Below, piece by piece: positions 1-12,105 of a stretch of DNA of 64,000 bases; position 1 is the first letter of the stretch; each line of letters opens with the position of its first letter. The notes under the pieces were generated by a model, which was not told where the DNA came from, did no database searches, and worked only from the letters and a program-made list of their open reading frames with translations. The stretch is from Mytilus californianus (taxonomy: Eukaryota): positions 100,130,001 through 100,194,000 of the forward strand of contig NW_026262734.1 in assembly GCF_021869535.1 (NCBI RefSeq). The letters are read 5' to 3'. The position numbers and the translations under genes are program-made.

Positions 1-2110
1 TTGATAGAAAACCCTCCATCTTTTATCGCCAAAAAAAATATGGGCTGAAAATATTTCATGATTATTACAATGACATGCTTTTAAATATTCAAATCAGTGT
101 AAACTACACTTATATTACTTGCATTACAATAATGCACATGTAAATAGCACTAAGAAAGGACAAATACTGACAAATCAAACACGCCTACAACAGGTTATGT
201 AAAGTAAATGGCACATTGACCTCATATTTTAAAAGATAAAAAACATATACTTTAGCTGTTGTGTCTATGGTAGACAGCTCTATATACTGTGATGATTAAC
301 TTGAAGCTCGTTGAATAGTCAGATTCTTTTGGTGTATATTTTTGTTAACATTTTTTTGAATTGTATTATTATTGTACTTGACAAAACAGAAGTTGGTTTT
401 GTCATTTAAAAGCTTCTGACAATTAAGAATAAAAATATCAAATTGCCTTTTGGTTTTTGTTTTTTGTATGATAATAACTTTAAATATGACTTTGTTGATC
501 AGATTATCCTTCTGAGCAATGTAAAGGAGGAAGTAATTTATCTTTTGATTTTTATGCCCCACCTTCGATGGCAGTAAGAGCATTATGTTTTCTGGTCTGT
601 GCGTCCGTTCGTTCGTCTGTCCGTTCGTCCGTCTGTCCTCTTCAGGTTAAAGTTTTTCGTCAAGGTAGTTTTTGATGAAGTTGAAATCCAATCAACTTGA
701 AACTTAGTACACATGTTTCCTATGATATGATCTTTCTAATTTAAATGCCAAATTAGAGTTTTGACCCCAATTTCACGGTCCACTGGAAATAAAAAATGAT
801 AGTGCGAGTGGGGCATCCGTGTACTATGGACACATTCTTGTTATATTTTCTTATCATACACCAAGCAATGAAGTTATGGAGGATATGATACTTTTGACCA
901 GTCTTTCGGTCTATCTGAACGTTTGCTATCACTTTGTTGTCGCCAGAATAGTGCCTTCATTTTAAGTGTGATCCTCTTCAAATTTAAATGGTATATCAGG
1001 TCCTCAAGATGTAGGTTTCCACTCATCAACACCTTGATTTTTTTTTTATATATTAGGGGACCATAATTTGAGAATAGGAATTTTTAAAATATCACTATTA
1101 ATTCTTATCACTTGTAAGAAAATAAAACTGAAACCATAACTGAAAAGAGTCTTACTTAAAAGTAAATGAAAAAAAAATAAAACATGCTGGCTGATCGCTA
1201 TAAGCTCTTCCCCTTTATGTTCACAGTTTTAAATAGGAGTAAAATACTTAAATCCTTTTTTAGAATTTTTATATCATGAATAAAGCCATTGCCCAAAGGA
1301 TTTTGGCTGAAGAAACATGAATGTAAATAAAAAGAATTAGCTGTGAACTCTGACCTCTTATATGATCCATTAATATACTTTGTCTACATACAAAAGAAAC
1401 CTCATGTGTCAACAATTTTTATTTTGCATCTCAGTGTTTGGAAAGTACAACCAAAGAACGTTTTATTTGTGTATGAAACCCATAAAATTGTATTTAGATA
1501 GGTGTTCTACACAACATATGAAATGGCTGACGTGCTCCTACAATGAACATTCAGCAGTTGACATACACCAATTGCAAAAGACCATTCCAATTTCTAGTCT
1601 TGCTGGGCTATCAGCTATATAGTATATAGATTGTAGTAAATTATTGAAATGCCCTTAGAATAGTTTAGTAGAGTCGATACGTTGGCGCACACCCATTGCA
1701 AAAGACCAATTTGAATTTTATCTATAGTTGTTCCAACAACTAAAATCAATATTGGTTCAAATAATTTGCACGAGTTCCAGGCTCTCCAACTGAGCCTAAC
1801 AAATTAAAAGTTCTCTTTCAAATATTTGGCTGAGGAATGTAAACCCAGATAAAATCTTCGGATGCATGAAATTTGGTGTTGTTTTCATTTTTTTGAAAGA
1901 ATTAGAATAGAATTGACCATTTGCCAAAACATGTGTTTCAAAAAGCAACACCAATACTATTAATTAGTTCAAAACGTTTTTGGTTACATCTACTAGAACA
2001 GTCAGATAACTTCAGCTTACATATTGGAGCATTGGTGCAGTTATTTACAAGCAAATACTATGATGCACTCAATCCATCAAAATCAAGATTGTCTTTTACT
2101 AATGCAGGTT
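1..2110. repeat. Paralogous intergenic block of the TRIM tandem-duplication unit (copy A)
   Basis: 1-230 matches 14340-14575 and 22269-22500; ~1255-1480 matches ~17230-17400; ~1700-2040 matches ~18135-18430. Confidence 0.85.
549..842 (+). mobile_element. Helentron-associated non-autonomous element (HINE/DINE-1-like)
   Basis: T-run start, subterminal inverted repeat ATGCCCCAC (554) / GTGGGGCAT (808-816), internal (GTCC/GTTC)n microsatellite, 3' hairpin GTGTACTATGGACAC, ends in CTTGTT. Confidence 0.75.
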
Positions 2111-2296
2111 GAATTGTAAGTCTACTCCATTCTTTGATACATAGTTTGATACTCACTCAGTGGTAATAAGCCAAATTTCTCAATATATTCATAAATAGCT
2201 TGTGACTTGATAAAGAAAAAGAGAGGCAAAAGATACCAAAGGGACATTCAAACTAAAGATTGATTTTCCATTCTACTCATATGTTCATATATAGTT
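2110..2296. repeat. Left part of a degenerate ~55-bp minisatellite interrupted by the DIRS element
   Basis: Units such as GGTTGAATTG..CTACTCC..TTGATA.ATAGTTT continue after the DIRS at 7359-7870. Confidence 0.6.
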
Positions 2297-2434
2297 CACT
2301 TCAATATTTCCACTTACCTGCCTCCTTAACTAATTGCAATTTACCTCTACTACCCTATACGTTCGTCGAGGTTGTTTAATTATAAATACGGTAATTCCTC
2401 AAGTTATCTCCCTTGCATATCTCTTCAGTTTCTC
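2297..2434 (+). repeat. DIRS left inverted terminal repeat
   Basis: Reverse complement of ~7199-7335 (CACTTACCTGCCTCCTTAACTAATTGCAAT...CTCTTCAGTTTCTC). Confidence 0.9.
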
Positions 2435-2508
2435 TCGGCGCTGCCTTTAAAGCACAGGCGTTGCTTTCCCCGTACGTTTATCTGGATAATAAGAATTTGA
2501 ATCGTTAA

Positions 2509-3900
2509 GTGGAGAAACAGGAAGATAAGTTTAAGGCGTGCGTAAGGTGTCCGAACAAGATGAACACTCTGGATCAGCACGATGAATGTTATAAACATCG
2601 TATTTGTAACGAGTCATTCCCTTGCAAAATTTGCAAAAATTGGTCAAAGGAGCATCGGAGTTTGATCATGAAAATGATTGAAAAAAGTGTTCAGAAGACA
2701 ATTAAATTGAATAAACTGTCTCAACCCACCTGTGTAGACGGGTTGACAGATTTCTAAGACATAAGTTCACCTGTGGAGGCGGCAGTCAGAGCTTCAAATG
2801 ACGACACTGTCACTGAAAATACACCTGACAACAGCACTTGTATGGTCGATATTTCGGCCATTGTACAATAACAGGTACAATTACAAATACAAAACTTATT
2901 CTAAAAGAAATTGATTGATATCAATGCTAATGTTCTTGAAGTTCAACCTCCTGAAAAGCCTAGTTCTTCAACTTTGCAAAACCAAAGGCCACATTTTGAC
3001 AAGTTCAAAAGCTATGACGATCAGATGTCTTTAATGTCGAATGTTGATCAAGATCAGGTTTCTTATCTTGATCCAGAAGAAAAGATTGAAAATAGGTCTG
3101 CATCGCCGCGATCTAGTCAAATGTATACATGCACCCCAGCTGAGGTATCACAAGGGGCACCTAGTGCTTCTGATCCAATTGAGTGGGTTTTATTTATTCA
3201 TAAAATGGCAACAGTTCTCAATATAGAACCTGAATCTTCAGAGGCTCAAGATCAGGAACGTCTTCTTTTGTTTCGGTAAGATTAAAACCTGACAAGAATG
3301 ATAAAAAATCAGCAATTAAATTACCTTTGGAAGGTACAATTATTGACATAGTAAAATCTGTAGAAAAGGAAGCTATCTCTGGTCATTTGAAAAACAGAGA
3401 TGTTCGTGGCAGGGATGATAAGGCTTTCATGGTTAAGAAAGATGATTTTAATGCTTTCTATAGTTCTCCTAAGTTAGATGACATTATCGAGGAAGGGCTA
3501 GCTATTGGTCATAAAGGCAATTCTATTAAATCGGGAGTTGATATTCTACCCTTTCACAGAGAATTAGATAATGATCTTCGTCGTATGGACAATTCTGCCA
3601 GGGCACTTTTTAAAGCCGTTTCATATGGTACTATGATTTCTGCTTTTTTGGGTGAGGCAACTTGTGAAGATGATAGGATTTAATGACGTAAAGCTTTAAT
3701 TAATTGCTTTAGAAGTATGGCTGATTTATCAGGCAGAATCATGGCAAATTCAGTATTAAGTAGAAGGAAACTTTTTCTGAAAAATGTTAACTTCATTAGA
3801 AAGTCCACAGAAAAGAAGCTGTTAAAGTTGCCCGTTTTTTGGCAGTCAACTTTTTAATGGACAATACTTTGACACACTGCATACATCAGCAGAGAATTTA
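2509..3900 (+). pseudogene. DIRS ORF1 (gag-like), fragmented
   Basis: N-terminal Cys/His cluster CVRC...HDECYKHRICNESFPCKIC, then in-phase fragments 2911-3279 and 3327-3683 broken by stops. Confidence 0.75.
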
Positions 3901-4254
3901 CGGGATGCTAGAGAGACCCAGAATGTTTATGATAATGCTGGTAGTTATAACAAGAATTTAACAAGTCTAGAGATGATCGCACTCCTGTAAATGACTTTAT
4001 CAGAAAGAGGAAAGGTGACTATTCTGACAATTCTGATCATGGAGCTAAAGTTGCCAGGGCAAACACTTATTCCAACAAAGATAATTTTCGTGGAGGAAAT
4101 CTTTCAAGGAAAGCAGCTGGGAGCCCAAAAGGTTTCTCAGCTCCACGGAAGTAAGTTCAAAGAACCTTGTACAAACTGTAAATATAAGTCCCCAGGTAGA
4201 GGCACGTTTGCTAATGTTTCACAGGAAGTGGACAAAGATCACAGGAGATCAATG

Positions 4255-6119
4255 GGTTTTAGATACTTTTACTAGAATGACTAAAACTGGAGTTTATGAG
4301 TCATCCATGTTTAAACATAAAAGAGACAAGTGTTCCAAGATATGGTACTCACGAGTCGGTTATTTTAACAGAAATAAGTGTTTTATTAGTCTGTAGAAAA
4401 AAAGTTATAGAGCATGTTCCTGTTGGGCAAGAAAACTTTGGATATTACAGCACAGTTTTCGTAGTTCCGAAACGACAAGGAGGTCTGCGACCGATTCTCA
4501 ATCTGAAAACACTTAACCAATTAGTAGTGCCTCATCATTTCAAAATGGAAACTCTCCGTTCAATTATAAAAGCTTTAAAAAAAGGAGACTTTGCAGTAAC
4601 TTTGGATTAAACAGATGCATATTTTCATATTCCAATTCACACAGATTTCAAACAATTCCTGAGATTCCGATTTCTAGGTTACAGCTACCAATTTCGAGCA
4701 ATGCCATTCGGGCTCAAATCTGCCCCAAGAGTGTTCACAAAGGTCATGGCGGTATTGACAGCATACCTAAGAAAGTTAATAATTCAGATATTCATGTAAC
4801 TAGACGATTGGCTGATCAGCAATTCAGACAGAACAGCTCTTGTAAAGCAAATGGATTTTGTACTCCGTCTAGTTCAAGATTTGGGACTTCTGGTAAATCA
4901 AAAAATGTCAAACTTAATACCAACCCAACTTATAGAATACTTGGGTGCCCTTTTCAATCTAGAGAAAGGGATAGTAACACCAACAGAAACAAGATTTCAA
5001 AGTATTTTGGAAATAATACATGCATTACTAAACAGTCAACAGATTCAAGCAGAAGTAATTTTAAAATTACTAGATCTGATGGCTTCATGCATTTACCTAA
5101 TACCCATGGGTAGATTACACATGAGGCCAATACACCTTTATTTGTTAGCACTATGGAGGCCAAACATCCAGCCATTGAATCAGTTCATTCCTGTACGAAT
5201 GAGCTTGACAGTACATTTAAAATGGTGGATAAATCGGACATATATTTTCAAAGGAATACCTTTACAAGAGCCGACAATTCAGTTGACTTTGATCACAGAT
5301 GCTTCAGAACTAGGATGGGGAGCTCATCTAGAAACTTGGCAGACATCAGGAATATGGCCAAAGTCTTACCAACTAAAACATATAAATTGGTTGGAATTGA
5401 AGGCTGTACAGTTAGCTCTTCAAGAAGCTGTACAGATAGTGAAAGGCAAGAATATTTTGATAAGGTCGGACAATACAACAGTGATAAGTTATATCAACAA
5501 GCAGGGCGGAACCCATTCGCCAGAACTGTGTTACCCAACTTGGGACCTTTACCAATGGTGTATTCAGAACAATGTAACTATCCGTGCAGTTCACATTCCG
5601 GGAAAGATAAATCTACTAGCAGATGCTCTTTCGAGGAGGAAAAAGCTTTTCAAGATGACAGAGTGGACACTCAACACTATGATAGTAAATATGATATTTC
5701 AGAAACTGGGAACTCCAAGTATAGATCTGTTTGCAACAGCTCAAAACAAAAAGTTAGCAGTTTATTGCTCTCCGGTTCCAGACATAGCAGTATTTCAAGT
5801 AGATGATCCAACAGTAAATTGGAGCGGCATGTGTGCATATGCATTTCCTCCTCCAATTCTTGTTCCTCGGATATTACAAAAGATTCGAGAAGAACAGACA
5901 GTTGTTCTTCTAATAGCACCAATGTGGCCAAGACAATCTTGGTATCAGATGTTGGATTTACTGATAGATATTCCAATAAAACTACCTCTTTTGCCAGATC
6001 TTGTTTCACAAATTCACAATCGAATACAAATATTTCATCAGAGTCCAGAAACATTGAATCTTGTGGCATGGAAATTATCAAATTACGCCATAAGTCAAAA
6101 GGATTTTCTAAAAAATTAG
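4255..6119 (+). pseudogene. DIRS pol: reverse transcriptase, RNase H and N6-adenine methyltransferase-like domain
   Basis: YYSTVFVVPK..GGLRPILNLK, LD*TDAYFHIPI, MPFGLKSAPRVFTK; catalytic YLDD is mutated to *LDD (~4798). RNase H: ITDASELGWG, INWLELKA, IRSDNTTVISYINKQGG, LADALSR. MTase-like: IDLFAT...AYAFPP...APMWPRQSWY. Confidence 0.92.
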
Positions 6120-6131
6120 AAATTAAGGCAA

Positions 6132-6945
6132 ATGCCAGAAAAAAACATCTACTCAAACAGTGTATGATGCAAGACTCAGAAAATATGACAGTTGGTGAAA
6201 AGAACGCAATATCAATTCCACTTCTTCAACTATACCAGAAGTAGCAGAATTTTTGTTATATCTTTCTACTGTTAGAAAATGCAAACCCCAGACTACTACA
6301 GGTTGCAAGTCAGTCATAGCATTGATTCATAACAATGGATTAGAAATTTCAAACAGTTCTGAGTTATCTTCATTGATTAAAGGATTATCTAATCTAGTTG
6401 AATTAAAGTTTGTAACTTTCAAAACAGCTTTTCTAGTAGCTATTGCATCAGCCAGTAGAGTTAGTGAAACTCATAGCTTATCATTAGATGATGGACATTT
6501 TAGATTTGAAAAAAAATGGAATTAAACTATTACCAAATATGCAGTTTCTTGCGAAAACACAGACTTTGAATAGGCCTTGGGAGCCATTATTCATTTCTTC
6601 ATTTAATTTTTATGCAACTGATTCTGATGCCCTTGTCGTGCATTAAGGATTAACATATATAGAACAAAATATATAAGGAAATCAAAGAGACTGTTCGTTA
6701 CTTATTAGAAAACCATCATAAAGAAGCTTCTAAGGATTCTATTGCAAGATTGATTGTTAATACAGTGCGATACGCATATGAAAATGCAGATAAAGACACT
6801 TTAAAAACAGTAAGAGCACATGAGCTTTATTTTGTGGTGTATCAGCTGAAGAAATTTTAAAAGCAGCTCACTGGACATCTGAAACTACTTTCACTTCATT
6901 CTATCTGAAGGATGTTCCAGACCACCAGTCCATTATTGCCAAGTC
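6132..6945 (+). pseudogene. DIRS tyrosine recombinase, degenerate
   Basis: EVAEFLLYL N-terminal helix region, KTAFLVAIASASRVSE, VRAHEL, C-terminal ILKAAHWTSETTFTSFYLKDV; frameshifted. Confidence 0.88.
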
Positions 6946-7053
6946 AGCAATTTTTTATTCTTTCAAGAGAGGAAGACAGAAAATGGTGAATATAATTTTT
7001 TAATTCCTTATTTAATTCCTTTCCCATCCCCTTTAGTAGGGCTGCAAATTTGT

Positions 7054-7154
7054 TTGCAATTAGTTAAGGAGGCAGGTAGGTGGAAATATTGAAATGAATT
7101 AGGATTTTTGTTGGTACAATCCTTGTTCATGAAATATTTACACTTACCTGCCTC
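7054..7154 (+). other. DIRS internal complementary region (ICR)
   Basis: 7054-7100 is complementary to the start of the left ITR; 7101-7154 is complementary to the right ITR end and extension (7307-7360). Confidence 0.9.
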
Positions 7155-7198
7155 ACCCACCCTCCTCCCCTCTCGAAGAATTACTTAATATTGGTCTC

Positions 7199-7358
7199 GA
7201 GAAACTGAAGAGTTACACAAGGGAGATAGCTGGAGGTATTACCGTATTTATAATAAAAATCTCGACGAACGTATGGGGATGTAGAGGGAAATTGCAATTA
7301 GTTAAGGAGGCAGGTAAGTGTAAATATTTCATGAACAAGGATTTTACCCACAAAAATC
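7199..7358 (-). repeat. DIRS right inverted terminal repeat plus right extension
   Basis: Reverse complement of the left ITR, followed by the extension matched by the ICR. Confidence 0.9.
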
Positions 7359-7870
7359 ATAGTTTGTGACTGGTTGAAGGTTAAATTGCTAAAATACTCC
7401 ATCTGTTGATATAGAGTTAATGACTCGTTGAAAGTTGATTTGCCATGCTACTCCTGTTGATATAGATTTTGTGACTTGTTGAAGGTTAAATTACCATCTA
7501 TTGATATATACTTTATATATAGTTTGTGACTCGTTGAAGGTTGATTTTCCCACCACTTCATCTGTTGACACAGACATTGTGACTCAATGAAGGTTGATTT
7601 GATAAGCTTTCCCTTCTGTTGATAGAGATTGTGACGTGCTAAAGGTTCATTTGACGTGTCTATCAAAATGCTGATATAACATTTCGGACTAAATGAAGAT
7701 TGATTTACCAAGATCCTCCATTTGAAAAATAGTGTGACTCATTTAAGGCTGATTTGTCACGCCACTCCTACTATTAATATAGGGTTAACTCGTTGGAGGT
7801 TGATTTTCAATGCTACTGCATCTATTTATATAGATTTTGCGACTCAGTGAATGTTGATTTGTCATAATTT
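7359..7870. repeat. Degenerate ~55-60 bp minisatellite
   Basis: About 9 imperfect units of ATAGAGTTTGTGACTCGTTGAAGGTTGATTT..CTACTCC; a single unit lies at ~18445-18475 in the paralogous block. Confidence 0.8.
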
Positions 7871-9019
7871 CTTACAATTAGAAGATGTAGTATATGACTG
7901 TCAATGTGACAACTATCTACAATTATATAACAAACGACGTAGATGTAAGCCACCTTAGATCACTGTTATTCCTTCAATATTGAGCAAAACCCGGCATACC
8001 GTATAGTAAGCTATAAAAGGCCCCGACATTAAATAAAATGTAAAATAACAGCCTGATTTATATTAAATACATACTAAATAAATTTAGAATCGACATGGCT
8101 TACAACACAAAGACATATATTATTAACATTACATCTTTTGAGCTTTTAACCGACATGTACAAATCAATAATTGAAAAAAAAATGTTATAGACATAAACGG
8201 ACGACAAACTCTAAATTAGAGGCTCCTGGTTTGGGACAGGCTCACACAGGATGTTGCAGGATTAAACATGTTTGTGACACAGTCACACCCAATCATCTCC
8301 CTAAATAACCTGGGGCAGTGGTGTAACAGCACAACAAACTCCGTCTGTTGATATACAATTTCTGAGTTGTTCAAAAGGTTCGTGTTTACGATATATATCA
8401 TTCAGCGTGGTGGTATACGTGAAAAAAATACCACAAAACGTCGAAATAATCGTAACATCATATAAAACGTTAATTGTTGACGTTTTTCACTACCAAAAAG
8501 GTAACAGATTGATTATTAGACAACAAACGAAGTCAGTGACCATATGAATATTTTATATCATTAAAACGGAAATTTATGTATCAACAACATATAGTTTTTT
8601 AAGAAAAATCTATGTATTAGAAATTAGAGATTTGATGATTTTCAGACAAATTTATTAAGGTTTTTCGCCGATTTGATGTGCCTTCTATACAAATGATCAC
8701 CTTCTTTGAAAGAATTTAATCAGTAAAATTTCAGATAATAAAAGAGATAAATTCATTATTTTTTTTCGATTTTCAGTTATAAATCAACGAGCCAAGGTTG
8801 TATGCAAATTTTAGCTATGACATAGCCCATTTACTGTTCCGTTACCTTAGTATAAAGTGATAATTCTCACTTTGCTTTTTTTTTGCTATAATTTATAAAG
8901 TTATGGAATTGTTATTTCAATACTTTTTTGAACGTCTCGTCCTTTTTTAAAAAAAAAAGTTCATATAAATATTCCGTATCAATTTCGCAAATAATACATG
9001 ATGGTCTTAAAGTATATAT

Positions 9020-9620
9020 TCTAGGCACTAGCATTGTTTATCATCTTAATAACGTGTTATAATTTTCTTTTTACTTGTCTTTATATATTTTCAACCTTTA
9101 CTGTTCTGTCCATTTTAAGCAATATACTTTTGACGTGGCTCGGTATTTATACATACCGCCATTGTGTTCTTGTGCTATGGTCATTTTTGTATTTTTGTCT
9201 TATCAACTTTGCCTATAGAGTGTCTTTATGCCATTTTGTTTTTCTTTGTTGAAATAGTTATTTGTTTTAAATTTATAGTGATTAACATTATAATTAACAC
9301 AATGTTGACTGCTGCACCCCAATTTTTGATATTTTTACCTTTTATGTCTGTTTGTTTTGGTCACACATTGATGTCAATATAATAAAATTCTATGCGACTG
9401 TCATACAAGTGAGAGGTTTAGCTAGCTATAAAACCAGGTCTAATCCACCATTTTCTTCATAAGGAAATGCCTGTACCAAGTCAGGAATATGACAGTTGTG
9501 TTCCATTCATTTGTTTCCATTCATTTGATGTGTTTGAGCTTTTGATTTTTCCATTTGACAATTTTAAAAGGACTTTTCGTTTGGTATTTTCCTTGGAGTT
9601 CGGTATTTCTGTTATTTTAC
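9020..9620 (+). mobile_element. Abundant interspersed non-autonomous repeat (family with TGCGACTGTCATACAAGTGAGAGG core)
   Basis: Near-identical core recurs at ~40560-40865; related pieces at 48460-48640 and 56790-56940. Confidence 0.7.
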
Positions 9621-10325
9621 TCTTTCTTTATTATCTTACCAGACTTATTGACCAAAGGTATAATTGTTATTATTAGGTTCTTTCTTCTGACAGATATATC
9701 TTTGGATAAAATTTAATTCTAAAGTATAGTTTGTAGCAAGACTAAAATGTTTTTCTTTCTGTACTGCTTAAAGTGTTGCTGTATAAACTTTTCTATATCA
9801 GAGTGACGGACAGCATGATTTTATATCAGCAGGAACTTTCAGTAACACATTCTTTGATACGTTTATCAATATTTTGTTAGTACTAGAATTAGTCAGTTAT
9901 CTAATTTGCCTTATTATAGAGAAAGTGCTTTTCCTGTACAGAATTGTTAGTCCTCTCATCGAGGTTATAAAGAGAATGAGGTTGAAATATCAATACATAG
10001 TTTAACCCAACCATGTATATGTTTATATTAAGAGTACACGCAGTTACTGAAAAATTGGTTAAAGACAAACTTCAACTAATAAACAAACCATGGTTTTCCA
10101 GGCTTAGATATCAAACTGTATTTTGAATTTTTCTGTTTTTAATCCAAAAAGCATTATCTTTAAACAAATAACTGTTTCATCTGGTCAAATTGAAGAGAAC
10201 CGATTCGAATTTTAAATTTAATTACACTCAATCTTCTCTGATCTTTAATACAATTTGAAAAAAAAAATACATAAAGAAATTTAAAAAATACCGGGTTGTT
10301 CGTTAAACATAAAATAGTAAATCAG

Positions 10326-10373
10326 CTCATCACAGATACGGTACCAGGATTAAAATTGTGTACGCCAGACGCG
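10326..10373 (-). mobile_element. Short retrozyme 3'-end fragment downstream of the TRIM-like stop codon
   Basis: CTCATCACAGATAC..CCAGGATTAAAATTGTGTACGCCAGACGCG matches the terminal repeat of the element at 58407-58816; it lacks the catalytic core. Confidence 0.7.
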
Positions 10374-10440
10374 TAGTAATATACATGTGAAGTCCATTTT
10401 AATTCATCATTTAATAAACAGGACTTGCTCGCTTCATTTT

Positions 10441-12105
10441 TCAATTACAATCATAGACCAATATCTCACTATCCGTGTATTTAACATTATTTGAAATGAA
10501 AAGTTTAGATAAATCTATACTGAATGCAAATCCATATGGGAAAATCAGCCCATCTTTTGTTGTCAACATGGTTTTTAAAGATTTATCTTCAGAACAAAAC
10601 AGCTTAAAGTTTGATGCTTTGTGTTCGAGAATGTAGACATTTCCTAATCTGTCGGCTTTGACCTCAATCACTTGATTAGTACATTGAGTAGAAATAAATA
10701 TATCTTTTCCATCATCTAATCTAACGCATTTCAATTTTGATTCTGCTATATCACCCTGAGCATAGTAAAGTTGAAGTTTTTGACCAACTGATATAGAGTG
10801 AACATCCTTCCTCTCAACATTAATCGTCTTCTTTAAGTCACCGGTTTTGCTGATAATGTATATCTTGCCGTTACCACCGACGGCAATTTCGTCGTCAAAT
10901 AGTGCAATGCCATAACATTTCCCAGGTACTTTAATCAGTCGGCCCTTTTCCATTTTAAAAATGTCTACTGTCTGAACGCACGCTGTATCAGGCAGTGTTA
11001 CCCATGCTGTATGTTTGTCTTCATCCATAGCTATCCCCCATTGACGTCCATCCATTTGAATTGTCGCCAATTGTTTGCCTTTGTCTGACATAACAAATAA
11101 TTTAGAACCGCTCCTATTACACAGGAATAATCTATTGTCTTTTGTCACACCTATCCCGGCAATCTTTGCACCAGGTACCTCAACTATTGTATCCAGCTGA
11201 AATTTTGTTGGAAGCTTTCTCTGTTGTTGTAGAAATTGTGCTTGCTGAGACTTAAACGGTTTGTATTTGATATCTAAGGAAGTCTCTTTGATTTCCACTG
11301 AACCAAATGATTTCATAACGGACAGCAAATCGGACTCCTTATACAAAAGAGATGCAGCTTTTTGGGACGACAGGAATTTTGGAAATTCATTGACAAGACC
11401 ATTCAATTCTTCTTTGATATTATTTATCAACATGAATATTTGACTTTCAGATCCGTGTTTCGACACAGATTCAAACTGTTCAGAAATGTTTCGTATCTGT
11501 TTTCTGTGATCACATATCTTTTTCAGGTCAACTTTTGCATTATCTGAGAGTTCAGTATGAACTTTGTCTACTTTACACATTAAAGCCACTCCAATTTCTT
11601 GAATGCGTGTCTGTAACCTCTTTTGAAAATACTGCACCTCTTGTTGTACAGTCATCTTGCTATCATCAAGAGTTGATACACTTTTCTCTTTTTTGTCTCC
11701 AAGCTCCATTACAGTGGAATTTAGCGTGCGGACATCAGTGACAATTTCTTCATACATTGTTGAACTTTTGACACCTTTCGCAGCAACTTCAATTGGAAGT
11801 ATCTTGTCACATGATCGATGGTCACTAGCCATACAAGACCGACAACACAGTGTATCATGATCGGAGCAAACATATTCTAAAACCATATCGGGATGAACTT
11901 TGCAGAATTTACTTATGTTGAATCCTATTCCGTCAACTGCATTTATATCTATTACATGATGGGACGAGGACACTTTCATGCTTCCGTGAAAATCTAAACA
12001 TTCTGAACAGAACCCGTCCTCGCAGTCTGTACAGTATTTTACAGCTTTGGTGGATCTACTTCTTCTGTCACAGGTTCCACAAAACATATCTAGGGATTTT
12101 GCCAT
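10441..12105 (-). CDS. RING-less TRIM-like protein: 2 B-boxes, coiled coil, NHL-like beta-propeller (554 aa, single coding exon)
   Basis: CGTC..YCTDCEDGFCSECLDFH..SHHV (B-box1), FCKVH..YVCSDHDTLCCRSCMASDHRSC (B-box2), heptad region, repeated GIGV/GIAM/GIAL/SISV/GFAF blades. Acceptor-like TTTTCAAG|GAAATG just upstream of the ATG implies a non-coding 5' exon. Confidence 0.92.
   Translation of the reverse strand: MAKSLDMFCGTCDRRSRSTKAVKYCTDCEDGFCSECLDFHGSMKVSSSHHVIDINAVDGIGFNISKFCKVHPDMVLEYVCSDHDTLCCRSCMASDHRSCDKILPIEVAAKGVKSSTMYEEIVTDVRTLNSTVMELGDKKEKSVSTLDDSKMTVQQEVQYFQKRLQTRIQEIGVALMCKVDKVHTELSDNAKVDLKKICDHRKQIRNISEQFESVSKHGSESQIFMLINNIKEELNGLVNEFPKFLSSQKAASLLYKESDLLSVMKSFGSVEIKETSLDIKYKPFKSQQAQFLQQQRKLPTKFQLDTIVEVPGAKIAGIGVTKDNRLFLCNRSGSKLFVMSDKGKQLATIQMDGRQWGIAMDEDKHTAWVTLPDTACVQTVDIFKMEKGRLIKVPGKCYGIALFDDEIAVGGNGKIYIISKTGDLKKTINVERKDVHSISVGQKLQLYYAQGDIAESKLKCVRLDDGKDIFISTQCTNQVIEVKADRLGNVYILEHKASNFKLFCSEDKSLKTMLTTKDGLIFPYGFAFSIDLSKLFISNNVKYTDSEILVYDCN

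Larger units (their letters stand above)
2293..7364 (+). mobile_element. DIRS1-like tyrosine-recombinase retrotransposon, full length, degenerate
   Basis: Inverted terminal repeats plus internal complementary region; gag, RT, RNase H, methyltransferase-like and YR coding remnants in DIRS order with many stops and frameshifts. Confidence 0.95.

Noticed and set aside
4954-6244. Overlapping alternative-frame and antisense ORFs in DIRS pol (e.g. 5153-5806, 5677-6156)
   Set aside because: Shadows of a coding region with no recognisable motifs.
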